64,000 nt of DNA from Eledone cirrhosa (GCA_964016885.1 OZ024743.1:255998001-256062000); one strand, 5' to 3'; positions 34,460 through 47,740 are shown, numbered from the stretch's first letter. The notes: a model not told the origin generated them from the sequence alone. Program-made: numbers and translations.

Positions 34460-34985
34460 AATTTCTTTCAGTCGTTTGGAAGCCTCGACAATGCAGATGG
34501 GTAAATCTCCGGGTAACAAGATCCGGTGGTGGAGAGAGAGGTGTAAGTGGGTGTACGTTGAGATGCGTGGCGTGTATAAGACTGTAACGTGTAGAGGAAT
34601 GAAGGAAAGAGCGTAAAGGATAAAAATAAAAATAACAACACGAGAAAGAGTTACCTTGGGAGAGATTTAATTGTCCCTATATATTTCGGATTCACGTCCA
34701 TCAACTGGGTTCTTTTTCCGGAGGGAGGGTTGTCTGTCGGAAAGGTGCGAAACGTGTCCTCCGCTGTTCGTTGTTTTGAATATCTGAGGTATTCAGCAGA
34801 GCGCGCGTGCGCGTAAAATGGCGTCGGTCAGGCAGAGATCAGCGGCCGAAGTAGTTCTTTCAATTGTGGCAGTGGGTGGCGCTAGCTGTCAGTCCATTCT
34901 CTGCCTGTTTGGTGAATGTTACTGTGTGTGTGTGCGTGAGTTGCTGCATCGTTTGTTAACTTAAACCAACCATCTCATTTCGCTT
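34455..34985 (-). mobile_element. Diverged relative of the 28771-28960 element
   Basis: GAAGCCTCGACAATGCAGA..AAATCTC and GAGATTTAAT..ATATTTCGG.TCACG.CCATCAAC shared with 28780-28955; (TA)n on both sides. Confidence 0.6.
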
Positions 34986-35214
34986 CTATATATATATATA
35001 TACGTATATATATATATTTATATATATGTATGTATATATATATATATATATATTATATTTATATATATATATATATATTTGTATATATATATATATACAT
35101 ATATGCTAGTGTTTATATGTATACAAAATTAAACGTACAGTCAGTTGGTACCTCTTAACCCAATATACACCGCACCTCAAACCCCCTACTCCATCCTCCC
35201 ACCTCCGTCAACTG

Positions 35215-35430
35215 TAAAGTGGTCGTGTTTGAGACATGGTAAAAAGGCTCCCAGTCCACACTGTAAATGACGTTGGTGTTAGGAAACGCATCCAGCTATA
35301 GAAAACCTGCCAGAAACAGTTCTGTACAAGCAAGACACAGTCTCCCGACCAACCACGCCTCAAGTGGGTCAAAACCGTCCAGCCCATGCTAACATGGAAG
35401 ATGGATGTTAAACAATGATGATGATGATGG
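35215..35430 (+). mobile_element. RTE-tail short element ending in (GAT)n
   Basis: GTTGGTGTTAGGAA..GCATCCAGCT..AGAAAACCTGCC...GATGATGATG. Confidence 0.8.
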
Positions 35431-35471
35431 TATATATATATATTTATATATTGTTATTTGTTATATTTCGA

Positions 35472-35528
35472 ATACCTGATGATGTCACCGGATTCATACT
35501 GACCCGGTCATTGAAATGATCATAGTAT
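35472..35528 (+). ncRNA. Minimal type I hammerhead ribozyme in a ~130-bp island within (TA)n
   Basis: ATAC-CTGATGA-stem ACCGG/CCGGT-GAAA-TGATCA-TA-GTAT. Confidence 0.75.
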
Positions 35529-36111
35529 AATAAACCTTTTAAGGAATTACGCAGGTCCAGCCTCCTGTTATTTTATAATATTTATATATATATATTTATA
35601 TATATATTTATATTTATATATATATATATATTTATATATATATTTATATTTGTATATCTATATCTATATATATATATATTTATATTTATATATATATTTA
35701 TATTTATATATATTTATATTTATATATATATGATGATGATGATATAGTGATATAGTCAGAAACAGATTAGCAAACACAATTAACAGTTCTCTTATATCAT
35801 TGATGATTACTGGAACAAGGAGGTTTTTCCTCTAGAAAATGGATCCATGCCGGATAATGGTATTGAATGTTACGGTTGCCTGGCTTTAGTCTAGCTTCAT
35901 CAATTCCTATATGCCAAAGCCTGGCTGAATAAACAATTACATTTACCATGATGAGGATGATGGTAATGATTGTGTGGATACGATGGTGATGATGATGATG
36001 ATGGTAATGTTGATAATGATAATGATAATGATGATGATGATGATTACGTTTGAAAAAAAAGTAATCTATAGAAAAATAAGAGAGTGGATTAATACATATG
36101 TTTGTGTGTAT

Positions 36112-36173
<62 letters not shown>

Positions 36174-36175
36174 AT

Positions 36176-36227
<52 letters not shown>

Positions 36228-36721
36228 ATACACACACATATATATATATATATATGTATACATATGAATATAAACACATAAACACACACATATATACATG
36301 AATAATTATGTATATGGAATATTAACTAATGTGTTTCTATTAATCAGGTTATATTCCCCATTGACTTATGATGAGGAAAAAGATGGTAGGAGTGGAATAG
36401 GTGTGGTGTTGAGAAACTGATATTGGTTTCACAAATTAAGATAAGTTCACATTGATGTGTTTCTGCATGATTATGTACACACACACATACACACATGTGT
36501 ATCCACATATCTACACATGCATATGCATACACACACACAAACACATGTTCAAAGCTGAGTCTGCATGAATTGCTAATTGGAGTCTCTCTTTCTTTGTCTT
36601 CAGGATATATATATATATATATGCGTGTGTGTTTGAGTGTGTTTATATATAAACCTATATATACACATGAATATATATACACGCATATATGGGCATATAT
36701 ACACACATATCATATATATAC

Positions 36722-36808
<87 letters not shown>

Positions 36809-37056
36809 AGCAGCAACATAATGCAGTTGGACATCCAGTGTTTGTGTTACCTAAAATAATGTGCTCAACACTATATACAAATAATGGTCTTTTCACATAC
36901 GTTTGAAAAATAATATTCTTTTATTCTTTCACTGGCTTAAGTCATTTAACTGCAGCCATAATGGAGCACTATCTCAAAAGGATTTTAATTTATCACATCG
37001 ACCCCAGTACTCTTATATTATTATATTGATCTCTTTGTGTTGAACTGCTAAGTTAA

Positions 37057-37275
37057 CCCTTTAGTATTTATCTTACTCTATATTTACTATTGTATTTTCA
37101 CAGTAAAAACTTACTTCACATAATTATCTCACATAATATCGAATCTAAGAGATTTTGATATAATTCATTTTGAAAACAATACCTTAACATAAGTATGGGT
37201 GGCCGGTAGAGCCAGTTTCAACAGGAAGAGGTGAGAGAATTCTGGCTGGATATGGCCAGTTTAAATGCTAAATAG
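37057..37275. mobile_element. piggyBac-like MITE inserted in a decayed SINE (~36915-37320)
   Basis: TTAA|CCCTTTAGTATTTA ... TAAATGCTAAATAG|TTAA. Confidence 0.6.
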
Positions 37276-37371
37276 TTAAGGTGAAGCAACCAAACAGATG
37301 AAAAAACACAGACACAGATGAACAAACACAAATACACATGTATAAATATATATATGTATGTAAGCGATTAT

Positions 37372-37731
37372 TATAGAATACCCACTTTGATTTCAGTGGT
37401 GAAAAGTTTTTTCTTCGTTTTTTTTTCCTTTGTGTGCTATCAACTAATCTCACCTCCAAGATGCTCACAACTTTTTCCAGTAAAATGGAGGTGCTTGGAG
37501 TTGTGCTTTCTCCTCCCCTCCCTGGTTGTTTCTGACTGGTTTTGAGGTTATATTCAGTGATAATATGCGAAAAAATAAAATCGTAGAGAGAACTCTGAGG
37601 ATGAGGATTGGGATGGGGAGTGATGCCAACACCACCACTCCATTTTACTGGGAAAAATTGACTGTTACATTATTTGATGAAAAAACTCAGTAAACAATTT
37701 TTTCCCACTGAAATCGAAAGGTCTGTTCTAC
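37372..37731. mobile_element. Degenerate MITE-like inverted repeat
   Basis: CTTTGATTTCAGTGG / CCACTGAAATCGAAAG and CCAGTAAAATGGAG / CTCCATTTTACTGG. Confidence 0.5.
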
Positions 37732-38052
37732 ACATTTACCAAAATGAAATTCTATTCATAGCAAAGCTGGTTAGAACAGAAACTAATTAGATAACCATGA
37801 TTATTTCTGTAAACCCACCTATTTAAAAAAAAAAAACAATAATTTATGGTAGATCTGAAATATATTGGGACTAATAAATCTTTCCAATGTACCATTATCT
37901 CTGGTTGTTGTTTTAATTTTCTGCTTCTTTTTTTCATTTTCTTCTCCACTCAACTTCATCCAATTTCTTCACCCAAATTTTTGTGGTGGCTTACAAAACA
38001 AAACTAATTTTCATATTCCACAATCAATGCTTTGAGCAAACTACAACACCCT

Positions 38053-38100
<48 letters not shown>

Positions 38101-38130
<30 letters not shown>

Positions 38131-41100
38131 ATGTTTAACGTCCGTGTTCCACGCTTGCATGGGTTTGGACGGGGGTTTTCCCACTTGAGGCAAGAGTGAT
38201 TGTCTTGCTCGCATAGAACTGTCTGGCAGGTTTTCTACAGTTGGATGCCCTTCCTAACACCAACCACATTTACAGTGTGGGTCTGGGAGGTTTTTACCGT
38301 GTTGCCTACACGCCCACATTACAGCGTGGACTGTGTGTTTTTTTGTCGTGACACCTACACGATCTCATTTGTTTCGGCCTGGATGGTGGGGCACCAACAT
38401 AACTTTACATAGCAGGGGGCGGTGTGGATGGGCTGGGGGTGGTGGGACGGGGGTGTATTTTGTTAGAGATGCCTACTGACTGTAGTAGGTTTTACTTTGT
38501 ATTTAGGTAAGGCGGGTCTTCTCTATTACTGAGTACCGCCAAAGGTCTCGGTCCAGTGACATTGTCTTGGTGAGGTGTAAGTGTGTGAGGTTGGAGTTTA
38601 TCAGCTCGTGCCAGGTTTTTCTGGGTCTGCCTATTCCGTGGCTACCGTCTATCTTTATTGCCCTGCACTTTGTTATGCAGCTATCGTCCTTCATGCGCAT
38701 CACGTGACCATATCAACGTAGCCTTCTCTCTAGTAAACAACATCTGATGCCTCTTATTTCTAATTTTTTCCTTTGTTCGTTTATGCTTTGTCGTTCACGT
38801 ATATTACTATTACACATCCAGCGGAGCATGCAAGCTTCGTTTCTCTCTAGTCTGCGTATATCCTCTGCACACAATGCCCAGGTCTCACTGCCATGCAACA
38901 TTGCTGTTCGTATGCAGGCATCGTACAACCTGCCTATCATTTTTAGGGAGAACTCTTTAGCGGCTAATAGTGGTATAAGCTCTCTGAACTTTTTCCACCC
39001 AGTTCTGACTCTAGCTACTGTACTTTCAGAGCACCCTCACCCACTGCTGATTTTGTCACCCAGGTAACGGAAGCTGTCCACTATTTCTATAGAACCCTCT
39101 GCGCAGTTGAAAGAGCTAGTATTTGTGGGCACTTGCTGCTACTTATTGCCCCAGAACACCGGCCACATGTAAAATCTATGTTCTTAGTTAGCTTACCTGT
39201 GATCCCACTACATCTTTTATGCACCCAAACTTTGCATTTGGGACACAAAATGGAGTTTCTGCCTACGCCTTTCCTACACTCTGCGCATGGCCACTTCCCG
39301 GAGGGGACCGCCGCCTTATTTTTTTTTTTACAAACTAGAACTTTAGTCTTAGCCAGGTTAATTTTAAGGCCTTTTGATTCTAGGCCGTGCTTCCATGTTT
39401 GGAATTTCTTCTCTAGCTCGGCCATTGATTCAGCTATGAGCGTTAGATCATCTGCGTATAGGAGTTCCGATGGGCAGCCGGTCTTGAACTCCACTGTTAT
39501 AGCCTGGAGGGCGATAATAAATAGTAGGGGGCTAAGAACAGAGCCCTGATGAACACCAACTTTTACACTAAACTCTTCACTATATTCGTTGTTAATTCTA
39601 ACCTTGCTGACTGTTTCTTTATACATGGCTTGTATAGCTCTCACAAGCCATTCATCAACACCTAGTTTTCTAAGAGCCCACCAGATAATGGAACGGGGGA
39701 CTCTCTGTCGAAGGCCTTCTCCAAGTCGACGAAAGCTAAGTATAGGGGTTTACTTTTAGCTAGGTACTTCTCCTGTAGTTGTCGTAGAATGAAAAGAGCG
39801 TCTGTGGTACTTTTTCCTGACACAAACCCGAACTGCATTTCATCTAGATCAATTCGCTCTCTGATTAGTTGCGCTATTACTTTTTCTGTGATCTTCATGA
39901 CCTGGTCGATTAACTTAATGCCTCTATAGTTACTCCTATCTAGGGCATCTCCTTTACCCTTATAACAGTTAACGATGATGCTGCTACGCCAGTCCTTCGG
40001 AACAACCCCATTCTGTATGACTTGGTTGACTATCCGGGTGACCATGGTGTGTCCCACCGTACCAGATGCCTTCAGCATCTCGGCAACTATTTCCGAAGGC
40101 CCAGCCGCCTTGCCTGTCTTCATATCTTTTATTGCCTTACTTATTATACTACCCTCGACTAACACTGCTGGTCCCTCTATTGGGTCGATGTGGGGGAGAC
40201 TGTCTTACTCCCATTTATTCTCCTCATTTAGTAGCCTTTCATAGTGAAACTTCCAAGCTACCTTCTTATCGGCGTCGGTGATGGCAAGTACGCCGTCATC
40301 GTTAAGTACACACTTCTCCCCGACAATATCATGGTTTTCCTTGACACATTGCCTAGCAATCCTGAACACCTCACGTTTTTGGTCCTCATGTTGTAGAACA
40401 TGCTTGAACTTTCTTTCATCTGCTTCCCTTCTTGCGAAGTACACTTGTCTCCTAGCTTCCCTCCTGGCCACTTCATAGTCTTCTCTGCTTCCCCCATCCC
40501 GCCATACTTTCCAAGCCTGCTTTTTGGCCTTAATTGACCCCTCCACCTTACTGTTCCACCACCATGTTACTATCCTCCTGCCTACAGGCCTGCTCCAGCC
40601 ACAGACTTCGTCTGCCGCCGTCAGCAGGTTTGCTTTCAGGAATTCCCACTGTTCCTCTACCTTGTACGTCTCTAATTGCTCTTCCTTACTGTCGAAAGCA
40701 TCAAGTAATATGCTTTGGAATTTATTTTTGGCTGTCCTTTAGCTTCCATATTTTTCTCCTGAGGATAGTCCTCTTCTGTTGTCTAGTACGTCTCGTCCTG
40801 ACTATTAGGTCGCTAATTATCAGTCTATGTTGGGAGGTGCATTCTTCATGGGGGAGGGATTTAGTGTTTACGACAGTCACTTTGTCACGTCTTCTCGTAA
40901 GGATATAATCTACCTGGCTGGTATGTTCCCCTGATCTGTAGGTGATCAAGTGATTGTCTCGTTTTTTGAAGTTAGTGTTGCAGATAGTTAGGTTATTTGC
41001 GTCGCAGAATTCCAGGATTCTGGAGCCTTCCTCATTTCTAGTACCAAACCCACAGCCTCCATGGATTTCGTCGTAGCCGTCACAATGTTGTCCAACGTGA

Positions 41101-41950
41101 CCGTTTAGGTCGCCTGCAATAATTATATAGTCACTGTCGGATATTTGGGAGGTAGTGAGCATCAGTGTCTCATAGAATCTGTCTTTTATAGTGCTGGGCA
41201 GTCCGGATTGGGGTGCGTACGCGGATATTACTGTCACCGTAGTTCTATTGAGGACAAGTCTTATTTTAATTATTCTGTCGTTCACTCTATTTACGTCTAT
41301 TATCTTATCTGCCCACTTTTCTGCTACCATGATACCTACTCCACCCAGCCCATTGTCGTTTCCCACCCAGAAAAGCTTATAGCATCGTTGTCTACCCACA
41401 ATGAATCTAGCAGATCCACCCCTCCACCTGGTCTCTTGAATACAACAAACATCGACCTCCTTACGTTCAAGCATTTCTACAACCTCGTTAGAGCGACCCT
41501 TTAAGGTGCCTACATTCAAGGTACCAAATCTGAAGTTTTGGATTGCGTTTGGGGGGTGGGAAAGGTGGGGAGCGTGGGCAGATGGGGTTATGTTAGCCAT
41601 CCGCGGCCGAAACAAAGAGGCATGCTCGCATTCTCGTCCACGAGGTGTGTTTGTCTTTAACTTTGGCATTGTCGCTGAGCGTCCAGATTTTTCTCTCTTC
41701 AACTCTCCGGAACTCCGTAGTCCTTCCATCCTACATATCGAAGGCGACCAGGTAAGCGATAGTATAGGCCTCTGGCTTATGATTGGTCCACGTAATAATA
41801 ATGGCGGGAGGGGTGTTGAGTTGTTAGCGAGAAGGATAGGTTTAAGTGAGATCCCCGTATTTAACGAACGTAAACAAAAATACAAGATTTGTTTAGTAAA
41901 ATACGCCAAAAACATCCGTATTTTACAAGCATGGCAAAAATACAAGAGAT
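38101..41950 (-). mobile_element. Near full-length RTE-clade LINE (single APE-RT ORF, disrupted) with 3'UTR and (GAT)n tail
   Basis: GTLNVGTL, CIQETRW, YAPQ, GDLNGHVG, VDYIL, FVDLEKAFDR, VHQGSVLSP, LLYADD, GRPRKTW; tail 38101-38130. Confidence 0.95.
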
Positions 41951-42572
41951 TTGTTTTAGAAAATACAGAGGGAAATAGGATGGATGGATGGATGGCTAGT
42001 GAAACAAGAATTGGAAAGAGGATAGAAAAAATGCTATTGGAAGGACTAAAAATGCTATTGGAAGGACTATGGAATTAGGCGGATGTTAGAAAAGGTAGAA
42101 AAATGAGTACATTACATTATACCATGAATGAAATTCAGCCACAAGTTTGGCGAAAGTGAATTACTTTGTCTTATATATGTATATGGGTAGAGAGAGAGGG
42201 GGGGGGGGTGATTTGACCGCATGTTGTAGAGTGTGGTGGAGGGGGAGAGGATATTAAGGAGCGGGAATTAAGAGTTTGAAATAATAACAAATTTATTTAA
42301 AATATTGTTAAGAGTTTGAAGTAACAAATATATTTAAAATATTTGTATATGAGAAGAATAGGTTGAGTTGTTAGCGAGAAGGATAGGTTTAAGTGAGATC
42401 CCCGTATTTAACGAACGTAAACAAAAATATAAGATTTGTTTAGTAAAATACGCCAAAAACTTCCGTATTTTACAAGCATGGCAAAAATACAAGAGATTTG
42501 TTTTGGAAAATACAGGGGGAAATAGGATGGATGGATGGATGGCTAGTGAAACAAGAATTGGAAAGAGGATAT
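41815..42572. repeat. ~210-bp direct repeat (41815-42024 and 42362-42572) at the RTE 5' end
   Basis: Two near-identical copies GTTGAGTTGTTAGCGAGAAGG...GGAAAGAGGATA. Confidence 0.9.
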
Positions 42573-42579
42573 AAAAAAA

Positions 42580-42615
<36 letters not shown>

Positions 42616-42735
42616 TGATCATCATCACCATTTTACATCCGTTCTTCTATGCTAGCATGGGTTAGACGGGTTGTCCTGTTGTGGGCAGTGTCTGGTCGGC
42701 TGAACTTGTCTTGCTCATATATATATATATATATG

Positions 42736-44535
42736 TAGTTATATGAATAACCAAAGAGTGCTTAGAAATACATTGTTTTATTAGCTAACAGTGTTTCATC
42801 CATACACCATGGCAGGAATCATCAGAGCCTAGAAACATGAGTATATCAGTAGTTGCATGCTCCATCGAACTGCGTCACCAGAACAAGGTTAAATGACCAG
42901 CAGGGGGTCCCGAGGCCAGCGCTATATGGAAAAAGACAGAATACATGATGCACATAATGCCTTAAAAGTTAAAAATTACACCAAAAATTTATCACTTAAA
43001 TGGTGCAATAGATGATAAAGAGGTTGGGAGAGGGTAGCAAGGGATGAGTGACGGTATTACTCAGCATGATCAGAAACAACAAGAAAATAATTAAAAAAAT
43101 AATAATAAAAAAGTACAAAAATACAGGGATAAGAGATAAATATAAAAATACAAAACAATAAAGGAATAAAAAGCCCGGACCCCCCCCCCCCCCCCCCCCC
43201 CCATCCAACAAAAATATAATCTAAACGAAAACCACGTGGCAGAATTATAAATAACATAGCTGTCATTGACAGGTTTGGTTGTGAGTTATCCCTTCTATAT
43301 ATATCTATATATTCTACACAAATTTGCACTCACTATAATAAACCCGCCTATTATTATAACAATATATGCTCATTCTGCCATATGTGATTCTGGAAGCGAA
43401 GTTTCCTGTATACACTTTTTCTCTATATGTAACGGGATAGCTATCGCAATTTGTATTTACTGTGGTACAGTTGTATGCAGTGCGATACATTGGTTGAACA
43501 GCAACTTGGACATACAGTGAATTTCACCTGGCACATTGCATTGAGCAACTGGATGTTTTCAATTTCCTCACATCTGTGCTGGCTGTATATGTGCCATACA
43601 TCTCTTTAACTCGTACTTTCTTTTATTTTTTATTGTAGATTTTTGGTGTATATCCAAGACCGCCTAGGGTGATAGATCCCCTGGATATAGGTTTTGGAAA
43701 AATAGTCTTATCTCACTTAAAGTTCGCAACTGGAACATATCGATGTGGTTCGTAGGGTGCGGATATGATAAGGAGATTCGACCTGTTACAAGGCGATATA
43801 ATTGGAGTACACCATCCCTGCACCACTGCTAACCAACTATTCTTTTCACAGACTCATGCTTGCAAACTCTCTTGATCTGCCTGTGCACCCTCTTTTTGCA
43901 CTGCTTGTGCTTTGACGCATCTATGCTTTGCTTTGCCTTATATTTTTGGGGGGATTTCCGGGCTTTTTGTTCCTTTATTGTTTAGTATTTTTATATTTAT
44001 CTCTTTTCTTATCCCTGTATTTTTGTACTTTTTTATTATTATTTTTTTAATTATTTTCTTATTGTTTCTGATCATGCTGAGTAATACTCTCACTCATCCC
44101 TTGCTACCCTCTCCCGACCTCTTTATCATCTATTGCACCATTTAAATGATAAATGTTTGGTGTAATTTTTAATTTTGAAACTTTTAAGACATTTTATGAC
44201 ATTATGTGTGTGCATCATGTATTCTGTCTTTTTCCATATAGCGCTGGCCTCGGGACCCCCTGTTGGTCATTTAACCTTCTTCTGGTGACGCAGCTCGATG
44301 GAGCATGCAACTACTGATATACTCATGTTTCTAGGCTCTGATGATTCCTGCCATGGTATATGGATGAAACACTGTTAGCTAATAAAACAATGTATTTCTA
44401 AGCACTCTTTGGTTATTCCTATAACTATAACGGCTCTGTAGTATACTAGTTATCCTACATTGAGCTAAAACCACACTGTCATACCAAGGGCAATATATCT
44501 ACATGTCTGGGCATATTGATATATTTGTCAACAAA
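42736..44535 (+). mobile_element. Non-coding Penelope-like fold-back element: inverted pLTRs, unique spacer, 3' extension
   Basis: Arms 42736-43178 and 43958-44428, hammerhead in each, (TA)n flanks. Confidence 0.8.
44335..44379 (+). ncRNA. Minimal type I hammerhead ribozyme (inverted copy 42783-42828)
   Basis: GCT-CTGATGA-TTCC...GGAT-GAAAC-ACT-GTT-AGC. Confidence 0.75.
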
Positions 44536-44540
44536 ATATA

Positions 44541-44589
<49 letters not shown>

Positions 44590-44595
<6 letters not shown>

Positions 44596-44785
44596 AAAAA
44601 GCACCCAGCCCACACTGTAAAGTGAACGTGTAGGTGCCATGGAAAAAAAGCACCCAGCATTCACTGTAAAGGAGGTTGGTGTTAGGAAGGGCATCCATCT
44701 GTAGAAATCAACCCAGAATCAGTTCCCGTCCCAGCCTTGCAAGCAGGGAAAAGCGGACGTAAAATGAAATGATGATGAAATGATG
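44590..44785 (+). mobile_element. RTE-tail short element
   Basis: Matches 47130-47293 and the reverse of 52100-52240. Confidence 0.8.
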
Positions 44786-44865
44786 ATATATATATATATT
44801 TATGTTTATACACATAATTACACATATATATATATATACATATATATATATATGTATATATATAT

Positions 44866-45530
44866 CATCATCATCATCATTTTACGTCCGCTTTTCCCTG
44901 CTTGCAAAGGTTGGATGGGTCCTATTCAGTACAGCATCTCTCCACTTGTCACGGTCCTTCGTCATCTTGTCGGCGAGTTTCAGCGATCTGAGGTCTGCTG
45001 TCACCACTTCCGCCCATGTTTTATGCGGTCTACCTCTACTGCATCTTCCTTCTGCTGGGATTTCTTGGCACTTCTTTACCCAGCGGTCATCCTCCATGCG
45101 CATCACATGTCCATATCATCTCAGCCTTCTTTCCTGCACACCACAACTTATCCCTCTTATACCCACTTTCTTTCTCAACTCATCTATGCTTGGTCGTTCA
45201 CACACATTGACATTGCACATCCAACGGAGCATACTTGCTTCATTTCTCTCCAGCCATCGCATATCCTCTGCAGTTGCTGCCCATGTCTCACTACCATGCA
45301 GCATTGCTCATATCACACAGGCATCATATAACTGTCCTTTTATTGCAGGGAGAAACCCTTCTTTGTTAACAAAGGAAGCAGCTCCCTAATCTTCTTCCAA
45401 CCCGTCATTATTCTAGATACTATGGCCTCGGAACACCCACCTCCCATGCTAATCTGATCACCTAGGTACCGGAAGCTATCAGCCACTTCTATAGAACCCA
45501 CCTGCATTGGAAAAATGTGTCTATCATTAG
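44866..45530 (-). mobile_element. RTE LINE 3' fragment with (GAT)n tail
   Basis: SFRYLGDQI, MLHGSETW, RGRPHKTW. Confidence 0.9.
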
Positions 45531-46100
45531 AAAGAGCATCCAGCCATAGAAAACCAGCCAGAAATAGTCCTATATGAGTGAGACACAATCACCCGACCCA
45601 ACTTGGCTCTAAATGGGAGAAACCTGTCTAACCCAGGTTAACATGCAGTAGCAGAGCCCTCGGTTCATGGGACGAGTTTGGTATATAAATATGTGTGTAT
45701 ATTTACATTTACCATTTGTTTATGTTCTGTCGTTTAGCAGTTTGACAAAAAAAGTTTTATAAAATAAGTACCAGACTTGAAAATTAAGTACTGGCGTCAA
45801 CATCAACAACTAAAATACGTTTAAAGATGTGCCCCAGTATGACCAGAGTCCAATGACTGGAACTAATAAAAGAATAGAAATATTTTATCAAATATTTTGC
45901 TATTAATTAAAAAGATTTCCGATAAAGAAAGGAAAGCACTGGTTACAATCAGATTATTTAGAAATGAGAACCATAAACAAAAGACTATTACTTCTGCAAT
46001 TAAGATTTAATTAGAGTTTAATTAAATTATTTCTGATGAGATGAGAAATATAGTAAAACGCAAGAATGATTTTGTTTTTAAAGAATTATAGAAACTTTAA

Positions 46101-46341
46101 CCCTTTCGTGATCATATTTCTTATAAAAGCACTGATTATGATTTCCAAATAATTTTGAAAATAATCAAGAATTTGGAAGGTTTAATAATATAGCTAACTT
46201 TCTCACCATTAAGCTGGTGTTTGGAACATACATGTTTTTGCATAAGTTTATGATGGAACCTTTTTAGATAAATATAAACAATTTAAAAGTTTTGTATCAT
46301 AGAATCAGGGACAGTTTCAGGGAGTTTGGTAATGAAAAGGG
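46101..46341. mobile_element. piggyBac-like MITE (related partial copies ~48517-48720 and ~53520-53750)
   Basis: TTAA|CCCTTT...AAAGGG|TAAA; shared internal GGTGTTTGGAACATA. Confidence 0.6.
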
Positions 46342-46487
46342 TAAATAATAAACACGTACTTGAAGATATTAAGGTAAAGTTAAGGTAGATATAACAACCA
46401 CTTTAGAATTAGAACTCTTTGCTATGAAATAGCAGTATAGTAGTTTAATTGAAGGTGTTTACATTTCACACTCCATTTTGTTTACAG

Positions 46488-46790
46488 CTTCTTCTTCTTT
46501 TTCTTTGCCCATTTATTCATGAGAGGGTCATGGGAGGCAGAGTCCTGAAACACTCCTTCCAGTGGGTCCTGTGAGAAGCAACCATCTCCAACTGATCCAG
46601 CTGGATCCCCAAGCGAGACCAGCCAAGCTCATGGATGTTATCCAACCATCTTCCTCAGGGTATACACCTGCGTTTCCTGCTGGTTGGTTTTGCCTGTAAA
46701 ATCTGTCCAGCAATTGTTTCCTGAGATATTCTAACCACATGCTCATAATATCAGAGCTGTGATCTCTCAATTCAGAGAAGTAGTGGCTCT
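46488..46790 (-). mobile_element. Decayed LINE 3' end with (AAG)n tail
   Basis: Frameshifted remnant resembling the RPRRRWLDNI C-terminal motif; simple-repeat tail. Confidence 0.5.
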
Positions 46791-46950
46791 ACATGAAGTA
46801 CTTATTTTTTAAAGTCTGGTACATATTTTATCAATCTCCTTTTGTTGAACTTATACACTAATATAAAGATGTAAACATACATAAACACATACATAAACAC
46901 AGACATGGACACACACACACACGTATATATATATATATATATATATAATG

Positions 46951-47293
46951 AAGGCACATGGCTTAGTGGTTAGAGCATTGGCCTTGCAATCGAAAGGTTG
47001 TGAGTTCAATTCTCAGACCGGGTGATATGTTGTTTCCTTGAGCAAGACACTTTATTTCACATTGCTCCAGTTTACTCAGCTGTAGAAATGAGATGATAGG
47101 GACTGGGATCCATATCATTCCACTGCAAAGTGGTCGTGGAGGTGCCACGGCAAAAAAGCACCCAGCACTCACTGTAAATGAGGTTGGTGTTAGGAAGGGC
47201 ATCCAGCTGTAGAAATCAAAGCCAGAATCAGTTCCCGTCCCACCTTTGCAAGCAGGGAAAAGCGGACGTAAAATGTAATGATGATGATGATGA
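46951..47293 (+). mobile_element. tRNA-derived SINE with CORE-like body and RTE-derived tail
   Basis: A box TGGCTTAGTGG, B box GAGTTCAATTC, TCCTTGAGCAAGACACTT, then RTE 3'UTR sequence and (GAT)n. Confidence 0.8.
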
Positions 47294-47439
47294 TATATAT
47301 ATATGAGTTTCTGCAGTTTTCATCTATGAAATTCCACTCTCAAAATATTGATCAATTTGTGGCTATAGTAGAAAACACTTGCCCAAGGTGTAGCACAGTG
47401 CAATAGGACCCTGTACCATATAATGGTGAATCAAACTTG

Positions 47440-47740
47440 AACAAAGGTTCAACAAAAGCACTGTTGGTGAAAGTGCCCCAGCTACTATAGATGCTTCCAG
47501 TAAGTAATCAATGTCTCACAAGTGTATCCACGTAGACCTTAACATTAGTATCAATAGAGATACCTCACTGGGACCAATATCGCTTTTCCAACTTTCCAAA
47601 GGTATCACTAGCTTTGCTGATTCTTGATGATATTACATTGTCAAGGCTGCATGATGCATTTAAGGTACTGCCAAGATATACAAACCTCTCTACCAATCTT
47701 AGGCCTGGTTGTACATAAAGTTTTCCTGGTGCTGTCTGGT
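47440..47740 (-). mobile_element. Old RTE-like RT fragment
   Basis: VERFVYLGSTL...ISSRISKASDTFGKL. Confidence 0.75.

Noticed and set aside
37860-37960. Possible hAT transposase N-terminal remnant or host exon (LSGEENEKKKQK...TLERFI)
   Set aside because: Too short, no supporting domain or convincing splice sites
41700-41830. HDV-like ribozyme at the RTE 5' end
   Set aside because: Could not assemble the nested double pseudoknot by eye
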